64,000 nucleotides of DNA from Flaccisagitta enflata (lineage: Eukaryota). Both the position numbers and the translations under genes were made by a program. The notes below the pieces were generated by a model, which worked only from the letters and a program-made list of their open reading frames with translations, made no database searches and was not told the DNA's origin. Shown piece after piece: positions 29,439 through 44,035 of the stretch. The first letter of the stretch is position 1. Every line of letters starts with the position of its first letter. The stretch covers positions 32,798,001 through 32,862,000 of the forward strand of contig OZ231126.1 of the NCBI GenBank assembly GCA_965153355.1, read 5' to 3'.

Positions 29439-29580
29439 TCGTCCTCAGCTGAGAACTGAGCAGGATGATCTTCTGATGCAGGACTGCGTTATGTCGAAAA
29501 TATCGACGATCAGCGAGTGCGCTTATCGCCAACCCGCAGACGATAGGCGAGAGAAACGATTTCGTTTCACCGTCACGACG
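29439..29580 (-). pseudogene. CadN-like: Cadherin exon 5, inverted copy, disrupted by many small indels (or unpolished sequence)
   Basis: Recognisable reverse complement of 15903-16055 (e.g. CACCGTCACGACG, GTTATGTCGAAAATATCG) but shorter and frameshifted; boundaries approximate. Confidence 0.75.
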
Positions 29581-30657
29581 CTGGCGACGACAGATGAGTG
29601 AGATGAGGGAGAGAAAGGGAGTAAATGATACATTAAAACTAGCTATAATGAATGAATGATGAAATGGTTACAATTCTACACCCAAAAGAGAAATTTTTGA
29701 TCTTTATTGTTTATGATGTCTGGCTTTAATGTTATTTTTTTGTTTTACATTGGTCATAACTGAAATATACCCTGTAATAGATTAAATTTATATATAATTC
29801 ATTAGTAGAGCCCAATTGTACTTAAAAAAACATCAAAGACAGACATAAAGCCAGTTTGAACTGCGATAACGGATTGGAGCGGGACGTACGAAATTTATTG
29901 TTATTAAGCAGCAGAAACAGGCAGAAATGATATGGGTGGATACACTAATCTCTTTATCCATTTATGGATTTCGTTACTTGGGTCCAGCCATATGGGGTGA
30001 ACTTAATTCAAAAATGTAATCGACAGACCCATCAAACCCCATGACTCACTGACAAAACACATTACGTCGCATGTCCGCTGATTAGCCAGACATGTTGATT
30101 ATACATGAGGTGCTACAAGGCTGATATAGCCATAACACAGGTCATGATTTGCTGGCTGATAGAAAAGAAAAACCACTGGAATTCAAATGTTACAGAGTTC
30201 AAGCATCTGACTTAAAAAATCGGTTCAATTAGGTTCAATTAATAAATTAAAATCTTTAATATAGTTTTGCTCTAGATATTGCTATAACCGACTTCCTATT
30301 GCATATATCAGATTTTATTTCAGCATACTGACATTTTCTTTTTGCACAGATGATTGCTGGATCATTTAAGAATAGCAACACTTTTTTAAATCCTGCACTT
30401 TATTAGTTATTTACTTCTTTTTTTATTATCTATTGTTTTTTAGATGTGTCACTTTTTATCTTTTTTAAATTTTTTTCATTTTTTATTTTTTTTTACTTTT
30501 TTTACTTTTTATTCAGTTTTTTAATTTGTTTTAAGCTTTTCTTTTTTAACTTCTGCATTTTTTTTTCTATTTTTCTATTTTTTTATATTTATTAAACTTT
30601 TGTTTACTTTCAATTTATAAAAATTAAGCAAATGATCATCAAATTTGATGGATGCTA

Positions 30658-30741
<84 letters not shown>

Positions 30742-31377
30742 AAGTTGATAGAGAATCAGGAGAAGGGGATTGAGGATAAGAATAAAAGAAGAAACCGAGT
30801 CACTCGATCGGTTTATTGTTGTATTCCGATTTCCGGTCATTGATAAAATGGAAACCTAGTTTAGGTTATTATCGGGTACCCTTCGACCGTTAGTTACGGG
30901 ACGGACGGAGGGACTGACCCAGGGACCGACGGACACGGCAAGGTGTAGAGTCGCGTGTCCGCTACTAACAATTTCCCAAGGTTAGCAAAGAGATGGTTCA
31001 GGAAAGGGGATGCGGTGAAGTTTATGAACTCGGGGGACAATTTGCGCAGCATGTGGAAAACGATAAATTATACATATAGATTATAGAATTCTAGAAATAG
31101 ACAGAAATCTATGGGGCAATATTGAAAAAAAGGGGAGGCTGGAAGGACGGTTGATAAGATCGCTTTTGAAATATTGGAGAGAACAATACTTGTCACAGTG
31201 TTTAATTTCTAACCAACTTAATTCTTTCATGGTGTCTAAAGGCCTTTTCTGTCAAATCAATTCCGCCTTTTTGCCCCAAAGTACTTCGGTCTCTTTTCCG
31301 CTATACCTTTATTTTCATACAGTCGTCAGTCTGTCCATCTCTGTCCATTTCTCTCTCTGTCTCTCTCTGTCTCTCTC

Positions 31378-31483
<106 letters not shown>

Positions 31484-31487
31484 TCAC

Positions 31488-31642
31488 TTGAAATTGGGTG
31501 CTGCTGATTCGGGCACGTGGACTCGATATTTGTCGAGGAAGAATTGAGGCGGTCGATCGCCGACTTTGATGGAGAGTGTTTCGGTTTTCGTCCGCTGCGA
31601 GTCGCCACTCGAACCAGGAGCATTGACGTCCTCGGCAGACAC
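31488..31642 (-). CDS. CadN-like: Cadherin exon 4, inverted copy
   Basis: Reverse complement of 14583-14737. Confidence 0.85.
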
Positions 31643-34402
31643 CTAAAGGACAAAAAGAGGAAAAGTCATGAACTAAAGCATACTTTGCAATTAGCATATT
31701 TCTTCTCTTGAGCCTAGACTATTGACGTCCTCGGCAGACACCTAATACTTTTAGTAATAGACAGATATTGAAACTTCATGATGTCTATATTCATGTCTTT
31801 TTTTTAATGTCGCCACTTGCACCTGGAGCATTGACAGTCTCGGCAGATACCTAACAGACTACCGCTGCCCCAAAAGGAAATTTCATGATTTCTACATTGA
31901 ATGGGTCTGATTTCTGTATGACGCCGCTCGATTTCTGAGTACTGACTCCTTTTTAAGCTTTTTTGTCACCATCTAGCGTGTTTTTTTGGTAAATTTGCGC
32001 CTCAATCAGGAGCATCGATGTCCTCGGCTGAAAACTAAGAGTTGGAAGTTTCCAAAAAATGGTTTGACCATCGCGGTTCTTTATTTACTAGAGACAACCT
32101 GGTCTTCTGCTCATTGCTCCCTAGTCGCTACAATCAAAGCGCCGAATTTCCCGTAGCACCGTCTCTTACCAGCTTGAGCAAGCTGCCGGGCATAGTTTTA
32201 GTCCCACAGATGGGGTGGCGCCCCTTGGTTGGCCTTAGTGTAGGTTTGCGGCCTGGGGCACCTGAGATAAATGTGTCGCTGAATATAACACAGCGGAGAC
32301 GGTGCTATTCACCAAAAAGATTTTTTCATCAATATACATCCGTTAATACTTCACAAAGTCGAACTGACGAATGGAGAAATCAATCCAAAAGACACAATTT
32401 TTAGAAATGTTTCTCATTCTAAATGTTTTTCTAGGCATTTGTCTTTCACGACTTAATATAAGTACATTAATGATAAGAAATAGAGAGAATCTTGTGACCA
32501 CGTATAAACGAAATATCGCAATATCGCAATATCGCAATATGCAAACCGATTCTAACTGTAGTCTTCAAAACGCCTTCAATCGTAGGCAAGCCCAGATACA
32601 AGTGTGTCTGTCTGCCTATTCGTCTGCGAGTCTAGGAGAGGCTTTGTCCGACCATAGGCTCGTCCGACCGTGATGATCGAGTCTTTTTAAAAAATGTGAA
32701 AACGCGCATTTAAGATGCCATAGTTTTGAACTCTAATTTGCCATGAACCTACCATCACCATGAAGTTAAAATTTTATCACCCAATATTGAAATGCGCCAT
32801 TCTGCTATTCTGTGCCGAATGTATTATATTTCAGATTGCAATCCATGAATCCATTCCATTTAATAATGAAATGTTTGCTTCAACGCTCGCATTCGGTTGC
32901 AAGGTAACAATGAAATAGACCAGTCGAGTCTCTGTTTTTCATTTTACTATTAAGTGACTGTCGCCAATCAGATTTGTTGGTGCCAAAAATCCAATCGGCA
33001 AAATTGATTTGTGAAATCTTTGTGTCATTTCGCTAAAAGCCAAAAACGGTTTGACTCGCTGTCACGTTGAGTAGAGTAAAAAGCGAAGCTCCTTGTTCCT
33101 CCACTCATCCGACCGACCGGGCGTTCAAATTAATCCATCAGACAATTGCGAAAAATTGTTCTATATTTTAGTATAATCACGACTTTCCTGCCCCCGCAGC
33201 TTTAGGTTTTCTTTTTTTTTTTTTTATTTGTGGACACGCAACTCTGTAAGAGGCTTTGTCCGTCCATCTGTCGGTCCATGGTGATCAAGTGGAAAAGTGT
33301 GAAAACGAGTAATTAAAATGCTGCAGTTATGATTGTTTATGTTTGTGGGTGAGCATGGAATGGGGGAGGGTATGGATGAGGGTTGTATGCCCCTGCCCAC
33401 TCGTCCGCAACGATATTGTGACCCCGCATCACTTGTTCCTTTTCGTTCTCGTGCGCGTCAATTTCAGATTTCTTTTTCTTTTTTTTTTTTGTAATCAATA
33501 TGCAAGAAGCCGTTCTTACTTGATTGACTAATCGAGTTAGTGAACACGTAGGCGGGAATGAGATACACATATAGCTTTCAATCAAGTCATAAACGCGAGA
33601 TGAAAAGGCAAATGTCGACCTCAGTCTATCCGCCATCTCATACTTTATTTACTGAATAGTGAATTTATCAATTTTCTAAAAGTGCTTTATTGTTACTGAA
33701 AGTGGCTCAATTCTACGCAAAGGCGTTAGAAGGTCAGCGGTACCCGTTATTAGAGGGGGAGAAGGTCAGCGGTACCCGTTATTAGAGGGGGAGCGGCTGC
33801 AAAGGTGCTGTCTACCTGATCAAAAGATCGATGTTGGTGGTCAAATGGGTGGATGGAGAGACATCCGGAGATCCATCCGTTTGTTAAACAGGACACCGGA
33901 CCTTAATTAAGGGACATTTTCCAGAAAACAGGAACCCATCGGCCGCATCCCTCAGTACCAGTTCCCGTACAGGTACGCAACGACACAAGATCGGCCGTGT
34001 GGGCCAGGTCACCGTTGCCAGATATGTGTGCAGGGCATTTGCCACGGGAGGCGATGAAAAAAAAAGGTCGCTCGAAGAGGAAGCTTTCATGAATTTAAAG
34101 TGAATATTGAATAAAAATGTGCTGATATTTCAACACACAATTTTTAAATGTAGAATACTTTTTACTTCGTGTAATGTTGCTTGATCCTATTCACAAGTAC
34201 TCACGAAAAATTTGAATGTCGTGATTAAATCTTGTATTTTAGGGCACCGGTTCAGCTCTAGTCAAAGAAGACATGATAACAGGTAAAAAACTAAAGCTAC
34301 AATATGCAAACAATTGTTTTGTGAATCCCAAAGATGGAAAGAATTCGTTTTCAATCTACGGAATAGAAAGAAATAAGAGAAAAAAAACGAGAAAAGACTT
34401 AC

Positions 34403-34500
34403 TCTGAGAGTGTATTCCTTGTCGACGGGGAAAGGGTCCGATTTTTTGGTCATAACTGACCCAGTAATTTGGTCGACCATAAATCGACCATCTGGGTCAC
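34403..34500 (-). CDS. CadN-like: Cadherin exon 3, inverted copy
   Basis: Reverse complement of 11701-11798. Confidence 0.85.
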
Positions 34501-34705
34501 CTGTCAGAAGAGCAAAGGAAAAAAGAGACCAATTGCCAATTTCATTTCTGCACTATCAGGCCTCAAGGGGCACAGAAAGCGTGAGACCCTCTCCATAAGC
34601 TTTCTCTCTCTCTCCTTTCCTCTACTGCCTTTTTTAAAACTTTTTTTTTTTCATTTTTTGGTCATTTCTTTCATTCCTCTTTTCTACTCACTTGATGTTG
34701 ATTTC

Positions 34706-34804
<99 letters not shown>

Positions 34805-35064
34805 CCTGTTTGCAGTGAGGCAGTTTTATTTGCCCTGCTCGCTGTCATTTGCTCACATGAGCGTTTCACTTACCCACATCAAAGCCATTCCTCTGTTCAC
34901 TTACCCACATCAAAGCCGTGACTCACCCACATCAAGTCCATTACTCACCCACAGGTGCTTGTCACTTACCCACATCAAGTGCATCATTCACCCACATTAG
35001 CTTTTTACTTACCCACATCAAAGCTAGCCCTCTGATCACCCACCCACATGTGCTTTTCACTTAC

Positions 35065-35160
35065 CCACATCAAGCCGGTATCGGATTTGAGACTTGGTGT
35101 CAGGATCTGTAGCGACCAGGCGGAAGACTTCCGTCCCGGCATCGGCGGTGGGCGAAACAA
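35065..35160 (-). CDS. CadN-like: Cadherin exon 2, inverted copy
   Basis: Reverse complement of 11087-11182. Confidence 0.85.
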
Positions 35161-36176
35161 CTGGTCAAAACAAAATCACAACAAAATGTTAATCAATGAA
35201 CAGTCACGGCGGTGGGCAAAACAACTGATCAAAACAAAATCACAACAAAATGTTAATCAATGAGTAGAATCGGCGGTGGGCGAAACAACTGGTCACAAAA
35301 AAATCACAACAAAATGTTAATCAATAAGTAGAATCGGCGGTGAGTAAAACATCTGGTCGTCATAACAACATGACAACAATACACCGATTTAAACAGTATC
35401 GGTGGTGGGCGAAGCAACTGGTCAAAACAAAATCAAAACAATAAACAAGTCAATAAACATCATCCACGAGGCAGTAAACACTATCCACTAAGCAATGATG
35501 AAAAAAAGTTTTGATTTGTATTTTTCCCCAAGAAAGGATCAATCAATCAAAGGGTTTATACGACGCACTGAAATTAAAGTAAGAGGAATTTACCCAGAGG
35601 ACAAAGTTACTATTCATTTTACTAATTTTGCTTAGGTCAATGCTTGTGTTTATTTTTTTGTACTTAAATGTGTAAACTTGCATGAGAAAACCGATTTGTC
35701 ACTGTCAAATGACAAACATACTAAAAGATTGAAGGAAATTCGATTCTGAAGAGACTAAAGAGTGAAAAAAAAAGCGACAATCATTTCAGCAACTGCTCAC
35801 TGAAAATTTTAAATTTGCATAAGAATTCCAAAAATCATTAAAATAAGAACATAGCGCCCTCAGTTTATATTTTAGGAATCGCGCTATGTTCTTGTTTTGT
35901 TGATATTATGATTTTCTATGCAAATTTAAAATTTTCAATGAGCTATGGTATAATGACAAAAGAAGTTTTCCAATGTATTTCGCATATTTCTTCAGCTGTG
36001 AAATAAAGGATTGGGGTTTAAAACTGGCATATGCAAGTCAATTCATGCAAAATATACCTGTTTACAGTTTGATTGAGAACATAAAAACAAAAATTGTCAT
36101 CAAATTTCATTTTATAGATTTCATGACTTGTCTAGCTCGGGTCGCAAATTCTATGGTAATTTTCAGTGCGTCATAC

Positions 36177-36266
36177 CTGCTTGGAAGGGCTTTGGTTCGT
36201 TCACGAAGACCGGCACCTCGTCGTTTACGTCGGTCACGTCTATTTGAACTTGTTGCAGATCTATGT
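36177..36266 (-). CDS. CadN-like: Cadherin exon 1, inverted copy
   Basis: Reverse complement of 9979-10068 with intact splice sites. Confidence 0.85.
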
Positions 36267-36492
36267 CTGTAAATGTCAAAGGGAGAGAAATGGAGAAAAA
36301 ACATAATAGTTATAGAGTCAGTATATTTCCTATCGTTGATTAATAAAAATGCATGATTTATTCCGTTGCTCTCCGCGTATTTTGGCCAAAGGACAGAAAA
36401 TAGAATGAAGGAAAATAGGCAAGAACCAAATTTCTTTCGTATCTGAAGCATATACATGTACATATCTGACATGATACAAGGACATTACCGTT

Positions 36493-36548
<56 letters not shown>

Positions 36549-36552
36549 CAGA

Positions 36553-38222
36553 GAATTTGAATTTGAATTTAATGGTCCATTAAAGTGATAGCACTTTCGT
36601 ACAAAAATCAACATTGTGATTAAGTACAAGGACATGATTTAGAATCACATTTTCACTCTGCGGCTGCAATTTTACGTCTACAACATATCTTGCGTATTAT
36701 TACGTAACAACTTTCAATAACTCTGTAACAATACAATAAAAAAATAAATAAGTAACAGCTGCCTAATCTTCTAATTTGGGTTTTGTCGCATCTGGTTCTT
36801 TCCATATCCCAAATCCCAGATTTTGAGAATGACTTGAGCTACTTCAAGAACTTTGTCTATGTCTACTGAGTAAATTTGTTCAAAATCAATTTTTTCATCT
36901 ACTTCATACAGGTTAATTTCTTTATACTTCACACAGTAGTTTATACGGTGCTTTTCATCATCTATCACAGAACACTCAGGGCAAATCTTGTTCCCATTGC
37001 AACTCAACATCTCATAGCGACCCATAATTACTGCTCTTGTTATTACTACTGAACCATAGTTCATTATCTCTAAAGGTTTTCGTTGATAGTCAGGGTCATT
37101 TATTGTCTGCAGGAATGTTTGAGTTTTTGTCTTGAGTTTTGACACTCCTCGCTCTTTGGTGTGCAACTCTTGTTTTAGCCGCTCTCTGTTGGCTTTTTTG
37201 GCAGCTTCTTCCACTTCTTTTTGCCACTCATTTTTGATCTTTTTTCCTATTCTATCCCAGTCTTTTTCAAGGTCCCATTGATCAATTACCTCATTTATCT
37301 GCTTGGCCCAGCCAGTATCATATGATTCTAGGACTTTTAATGACTCATATGCCCACTGCTCTTCATCTTTTTGCACGATCTTGTGAAGGTAGAGGAGTTG
37401 CTTTATGTGAATTTGGATCACCGCATATAGTGAGCCAGTTGCAAAAATGACTGCTGGTGTTGGTGTAGTAGTTGGCAATCCAAGCATTTGCTTCCATGTC
37501 CACAACAACATTTTGTCAGCTTCCTTCTTCTCTTCTCCATTCAATGTCCATGTCTCTGCATTGTGGAGGAACTTGGGGAGAGTTTCTGCCTCATGTAGCC
37601 TCAAGAGGACATTTGTTTGAATTCGTTTCATGATGCCAGTCTTAAAACTAGTCATAATTGCCCTCACTGATCCTTTTATCTTTTTAAATCTTTCAGCAAG
37701 GTTGGCTTTATTTCTTCCATCTCTTGAGATTACTTCTCCAAGGTAACAGTAAGTTTCACAGTTACTGATGGTTTTTTCACCCAAGTTCCAACTGGTTTTC
37801 CTTTCTTTATGTCTTCCAATTTCCATGACTTTGCATTTGTCATGACTTTGCATTTGTCAACACCCCACTCAAGCTGTCTTTTGATAGCAAAGTCGTTGAC
37901 AGCCTCTAGTGTTCTTTCTTGTTGGTCATATCCAATGGCAAGAGTTCCCACATCTTCCACATACTCCAAACAACATAGTTGTGTTTCTGCAAGCATGATT
38001 CCAATGTCATGTCTCAACATAAGTTCTTCAGACAGAGTATCTATCATTTTTGCAAATAAAGGTACCATCAATTTACCTCCTTGTTTGCCTCCTGTTTCTC
38101 TCATTATTTTCCTGCTAAGTCCTGCTTTGGTTTTTACTCTTGCTGTAAGATTTTTGTTTAGTGTCATCGTAAGTCTCCAGATTTTTCCTGTAAAGCCCTG
38201 CTCATGAATGACGAGAGAGTCT

Positions 38223-38223
<1 letters not shown>
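36553..38223 (-). mobile_element. Inverted-arm copy of the same LINE fragment
   Basis: ORFs 37730..38167 and 36771..37853 nearly identical to 8130..8552 and 8570..9466. Confidence 0.85.
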
Positions 38224-38306
<83 letters not shown>

Positions 38307-38315
38307 TGACTGACA

Positions 38316-38354
<39 letters not shown>

Positions 38355-38586
38355 TAGACGGATAGATGGATACAAAAACGGATAGCCTAAATGTCGATGG
38401 TTACAGCGATGTACTGTACGTCTGGGACTAGTTATGTGCTTGTTGCAAATTTGTTCCTCGCCCGAGTAGTATTAGAGTAATATCCGCCTTTTATTTTGTC
38501 GTTCACTAGTTCAAAACATGAAATACTTTGGCTGCCTCTTTCCAACAAGAATCAACTTTGATAAATGGCAACCACTTCTTTATCAT

Positions 38587-39509
38587 TTTTTAGTCGCGTG
38601 CACGCGACTCTATGACCCGCTCTGTCGGTCGGTCCGTTGGTCGGTCCGTCGGTCGGTCGGTTCGTCCCTAACGCTTTGCTTTTTGTATCGTCTATAGTCA
38701 TTTTAGGTCATCTTAAGTCATTTCAAGTCATATTTAGTCATTCTAAGTCATTCTGAGTTATTCTAAGTCATTCTAAGTCATTCTAAATCACTTTTTTACA
38801 ATTGCAATCTTTGACATTTTTTGTCATTTTACATCATTTTAAGTCATTTTAAGTCATTCTTACTCATTCTGAGTCACTATAAGTCATTCTGAGTCACTAA
38901 AGGTCATTCCAAGTCCATAGCACTAAGCTTTTTTGCAGTTTTACGTTGTTATTAGTCTGGTTTAGATCTGGTTTAAGTTTGGTTAAGGTCTGGTATAAGT
39001 CTGGTTTAAGTATGGCTTAAGTCTGGTTTAAGGTCTGGCTAAGGTCTGGTTAAGGTCTGGTTTAGGTCTGGTTTAAGTCTGTTTTAAGTCTGGTTTAAGT
39101 CTGGTTTAAGTCTGGTTTAAGTCTGGTTTAAGTCTGGTTTAAGTCTGGTTTAAGTCTGGTTTAAGTCTGGTTTAAGTCTGGTTTAAGTCTGGTTTAGGTC
39201 TGGTTAAAGTCTGGTTTAAGTCTGGTTTAAGTCTGGTTTGAGTCTGGTTTGAGTCTGGTTTGAGTCTGGTTTGAGTCTGGTTTGAGTTTGGTTTGAGTTT
39301 GGGTTGAGTCTAGTTTGAGTCTGGTTTAAGTCTGGTTTAAGTCTGGTTTAAGTCTGGTTTTAGTCTGGTTTAAGTCTGGTTTAAGTCTGGTTTAAGTCTG
39401 GTTTCAGTTTGGTTTAAGTCTGGATTAGGTTAAAAAAGTGATACAATAAGGAGTCAGGTCAATTCAGTTATCTTTGTCTCGCACGCGACTTATAGGTGTT
39501 GGCCTTGTT
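38587..39509 (+). mobile_element. Inverted-arm copy of the HINE-like element
   Basis: Reverse complement of 6726-7631 with a different minisatellite unit pattern. Confidence 0.6.
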
Positions 39510-40091
39510 TTCTACATCTATGATTTTACACCGCTTTTTATCCTCTTAATGACAAACATATATTTCTCTCCAAATCTGTCACCACTGGTTCACTTTTACG
39601 TGCGTCGGAGCAAATCTATGAGAGGTCTTGTCCGTCCAATCGTTCGTCCGTCTGTCTGCTTGTCGGTCCTGTTTTATGATACCCCTTTGTTTTAGACTCC
39701 AAGCTTCCATGTCTCTCCACCATACTATAAACGCTTTCCATTTCTTTTTCGTTTTCTTTTCGAAAATCATCCTTGAAAAAAAGACTTAATGGGCAAAGTT
39801 GTAAAAGAAATGTGCGGGCGAAATCTGAGAGATAAAACTGATGGTCACATTTGTCAAATTAAAAACAGTTTGCTTGTTTTTTCTTCTAAACGAACACGCC
39901 GTTGTATTCTCATTTGTATTTCATATTTTAGCATGTTCATCAGTCATACTGTTAGACCGACCGACCGACCGAAAATTGCACGCCATCAATACGTAAAAGA
40001 AGGACAAGGTATTGTAGGACAGATGGCGGAAAAGAGCGTAAGAAAATATGAACTGAACATCTGGACCATTCATGAATGAGAGACATAAGTG

Positions 40092-40291
<200 letters not shown>

Positions 40292-41285
40292 TCTCTCTCT
40301 CAAACAACAAACGTGGTTGACGGAGAACTTCTTTATCAACAAAAATAAAAAGTCCTCCATAAACAATAATAACACCCAACAAACAATACGAGTGAACGGA
40401 AGCACGACGAGAAACAACAAACAGTCGCAAAGTAAACAGTTTTTTCTTCGTTTCTCATGTTTTTTCATTCCTCGAAGACGCCATTTTGTGTCTTTTTTCA
40501 TTGCTTTCCTTTTTTTTTCTTTTCCCGCTCGCGCTCAACAACAACAGCAACAACAACCATATTTTTGTGGACTTTTAATCAATATCTTTAAGTTACGAAC
40601 ACTTCTGACTTTCGATGAGCCACACCTTCTTCGTTTCCTTGTTTACGTTCGCAACTGTAATCAAGTTTTTATGAAACGCAACTTGAAACTCGGTTCCGCG
40701 CTGATGACGACGACGACTTGAAGTATCCATGCGGAAAATGAAACGTCGACTTAAGAGAAGAAGAAGAAGAAGAAGAAAAAGAAAAAGAAGAAGAAGAAGA
40801 AGAAGAAGAAGAAGAAGAAGAAGAAGAAGAAGAAGAAGAAGAAGAAGAAGAAGAAGAAGAAGAAGAAGAAGAAGAAGAAGAAGAAGAAGAAGGAGAAGAA
40901 AAAGAAGAAGAAGAAGAAGAAGAAGATGAAGATGAAGTAGAAGAAGAAAAAGAAGAGAAGGAGAAGAAGGAGAAGGAGAAGAAGAAGAAGATGATGATCA
41001 TGATGATGAAAACGAAAAAGAAAAAGAAAAAGAAAAAGAAGAAGCAGAAAGGTAGGAAAAAATAAGAAGAAGAAGAAGAAGAAGAAAGGTAGGAAAAAAG
41101 AAGAAGAAGAAGAAGAAGAAGAAGAAGAAGAAGAAGAAGAAGAAGAAGAAGAAGAAGAAGAAGAAGAAGAGAAGGAGAAGAAGGAGAAGAAGGAGAAGAA
41201 GAAGAAGAAGATGATGAAGAAGATGAAGATGATGATGAAGATGAAAACGAAAAAGAAAAAGAAGAAGCAGAAAAGTAGGAAAAAA

Positions 41286-41316
<31 letters not shown>

Positions 41317-41421
41317 AAGGAGAAGAAGGAGAAGAAGGAGAAGAAGATGATGAAGAAGAAGAAGATGATGATGAAGATGAAAACGAAAAAGAAAAAGAAG
41401 AAGCAGAAAAGTAGGAAAAAA

Positions 41422-41452
<31 letters not shown>

Positions 41453-41618
41453 AAGAAGAAGAAGAAGAAGAAGAAGAAGAAGAAGAAGAAGAAGAGAAGA
41501 AGAGAAGGAGAAGAAGGAGAAGAAGGAGAAGAAGAAGAAGAAGATGATGAAGAAGAAGAAGATGATGATGAAGATGAAAACGAAAAAGAAAAAGAAGAAG
41601 CAGAAAAGTAGGAAAAAA

Positions 41619-41649
<31 letters not shown>

Positions 41650-43229
41650 AAGAAGAAGAAGAAGAAGAAGAAGAAGAAGAAGAAGAGAAGGAGAAAAAGG
41701 AGAAGAAGGAGAAGAAGATGATGAAGAAGAAGAAGATGATGATGAAGATGAAAACGAAAAAGAAAAAGAAGAAGCAGAAAAGTAGGAAAAAATAAGAAGA
41801 AGAAGCAGAAGAAGAAGAAGAAGAAGAAGAAGAAGAAGAAGAAGAAGAAGAAGAAGAAGAAGAAGAAGAATAGTCGCAAAAGCGTTAGATGGTCAGCGGT
41901 ACCCGTGCCCTGCTTAAGTAGGTTGTGGTTGAAGTTGAGGGGGGAGCAGTCTTGAGGCCCAAATCCCTAGAGAGTAGAATCTGGGCCTTGGGGTTGGGAT
42001 GTAGGCCTTGAGGGCGGGATTTGGGCCTCAAGACTGGGATTTGGGCCTGGAGGCTGGGATATGGGCCTCCAGGTTGAGATATGGGCCTGGAGGCTGGGGG
42101 AGGGCGGGTACGGACATGAAGAAGGAGAAAACTCCCCATATGTGTGAAAGCATAGGTCATCGACCCCTTCGGGGCCGCTGCCCAAAAAGGAGAAGAAGAA
42201 GAAGAAGAAGAAGAAGAAGAAGAAGAAGAAGAAGAAGAAGAAGAAGAAGAAGAAGAAGAAGAAGAAGATCAACAACAACAACAACAACAAGATGAAGAAA
42301 AGTAGGGGGAAAATAATAAGTAGAGGAATTACCAATATGGGAAAAATCAGAGGCATCGCCAGCTCTGTGCGAGTTGCCGTTAATTTTCGCCGCCTCTCCA
42401 ATAATCGAATGTTGATATCCCTCCTACGCGAATTCTAATAGTTGGTCTCAATATATATGCATGATGCAAATATCAATTTGATGAATTGAACCTTGATTCA
42501 ATTCAAACATGCCTCGACGATGCTCTCCCGTTGCTTCTCCATGAGTTGAGGGATGGACAGATGGATAGATCCCTTTTATAGCGGTGCAAGGTCACGTCTG
42601 AAAAAAAGATTCTTTAGAAACAAGGTCATTAGACCTAAGTCGCGTGCGTCGGCACTTTCAAAAAAGTCAGGCAGACAGACAGACAAACAATTTTGTTTCA
42701 GAAAGACATCTAAAATAGCTGTTTACTCCTCCAAAATTCTGCTCTACCATTCAGAGACATAAAAAATGCTATAAGAATCCTTTAAAACAACTTTGTGATG
42801 GACCGACCGACGGACCGACGGACTCACCGAAAAGTGGCTTATAGAGTCGCGTAGCACGCGATTAAAAAAACTCATTTGCATCTGTCCATTGGCCAAAAAC
42901 TTTATTTTTGATATGTGTTTATGCGTCGATAAGGCGCAGATGCAATTGTCTTTTGCAAAGCATAAACAGCATTCAGTCCCATTCTTCTTCCTTCTTCGAC
43001 CCTTGCATGGACTGTGGGTATTTGATTCTGTCACCATTAGTTCTTTCAAGATCTCCCTGATTTCAGCGTTCTTATTCTTTTTCATGACCGTCTGTCTCAT
43101 TCTAATCCTTCCATCCCACTTCTTCAAGATATTCCCATTCTCTTCAACGTCCTTGTTGGCAAAAGTCAAGACGCTCCTAGTGAAACTTTGCTTTTCTTTC
43201 TCTCTCTCATTCTCTCTCTCATTCTCTCT

Positions 43230-43355
<126 letters not shown>

Positions 43356-43789
43356 GTTTTTCCATTCCCCTTCTCCCTTCACGCTCATACATTTGCATAA
43401 AACAGCAATCAGCGCCATCGGCACCCTCTAGACCCGGGCTTGGGGCTATATAGCTGATTCTGCCAAGGCGTGAAAAAAGGGGAGGTGCGGAGGGGATAGG
43501 GGGTGGAGAGGGTAAGGAAATGGAGGGGGGGAATAAAGGAAGGGTAGGTGGATAGGATCTAACAACAGGGAGTGGAAGGGTAGGTGACTGAGGGGGTAAA
43601 TGATGGAGGAGTAGGGGGATAGAGGGCGTTATGGATATTAGGACTGATGGAGAGAGGGGTATAATAAGCTTACACTTGACTACTTGAATAGACTGTCTCA
43701 TATGGAAGGGGTAAAATGCTGGATTGATATAGGGAAAGATGGATAAAGGAGTAGACATACAAGGATAGATAGATATGTCTATATATAAA

Positions 43790-44035
<246 letters not shown>

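Noticed and set aside
42889-43190. Minus-strand Cys-rich reading frame (…TECCLCFAKDNCICALSTHKH…) possibly a LINE ORF2 3' remnant
   Set aside because: Too short and without a diagnostic motif; cannot be supported without a search.
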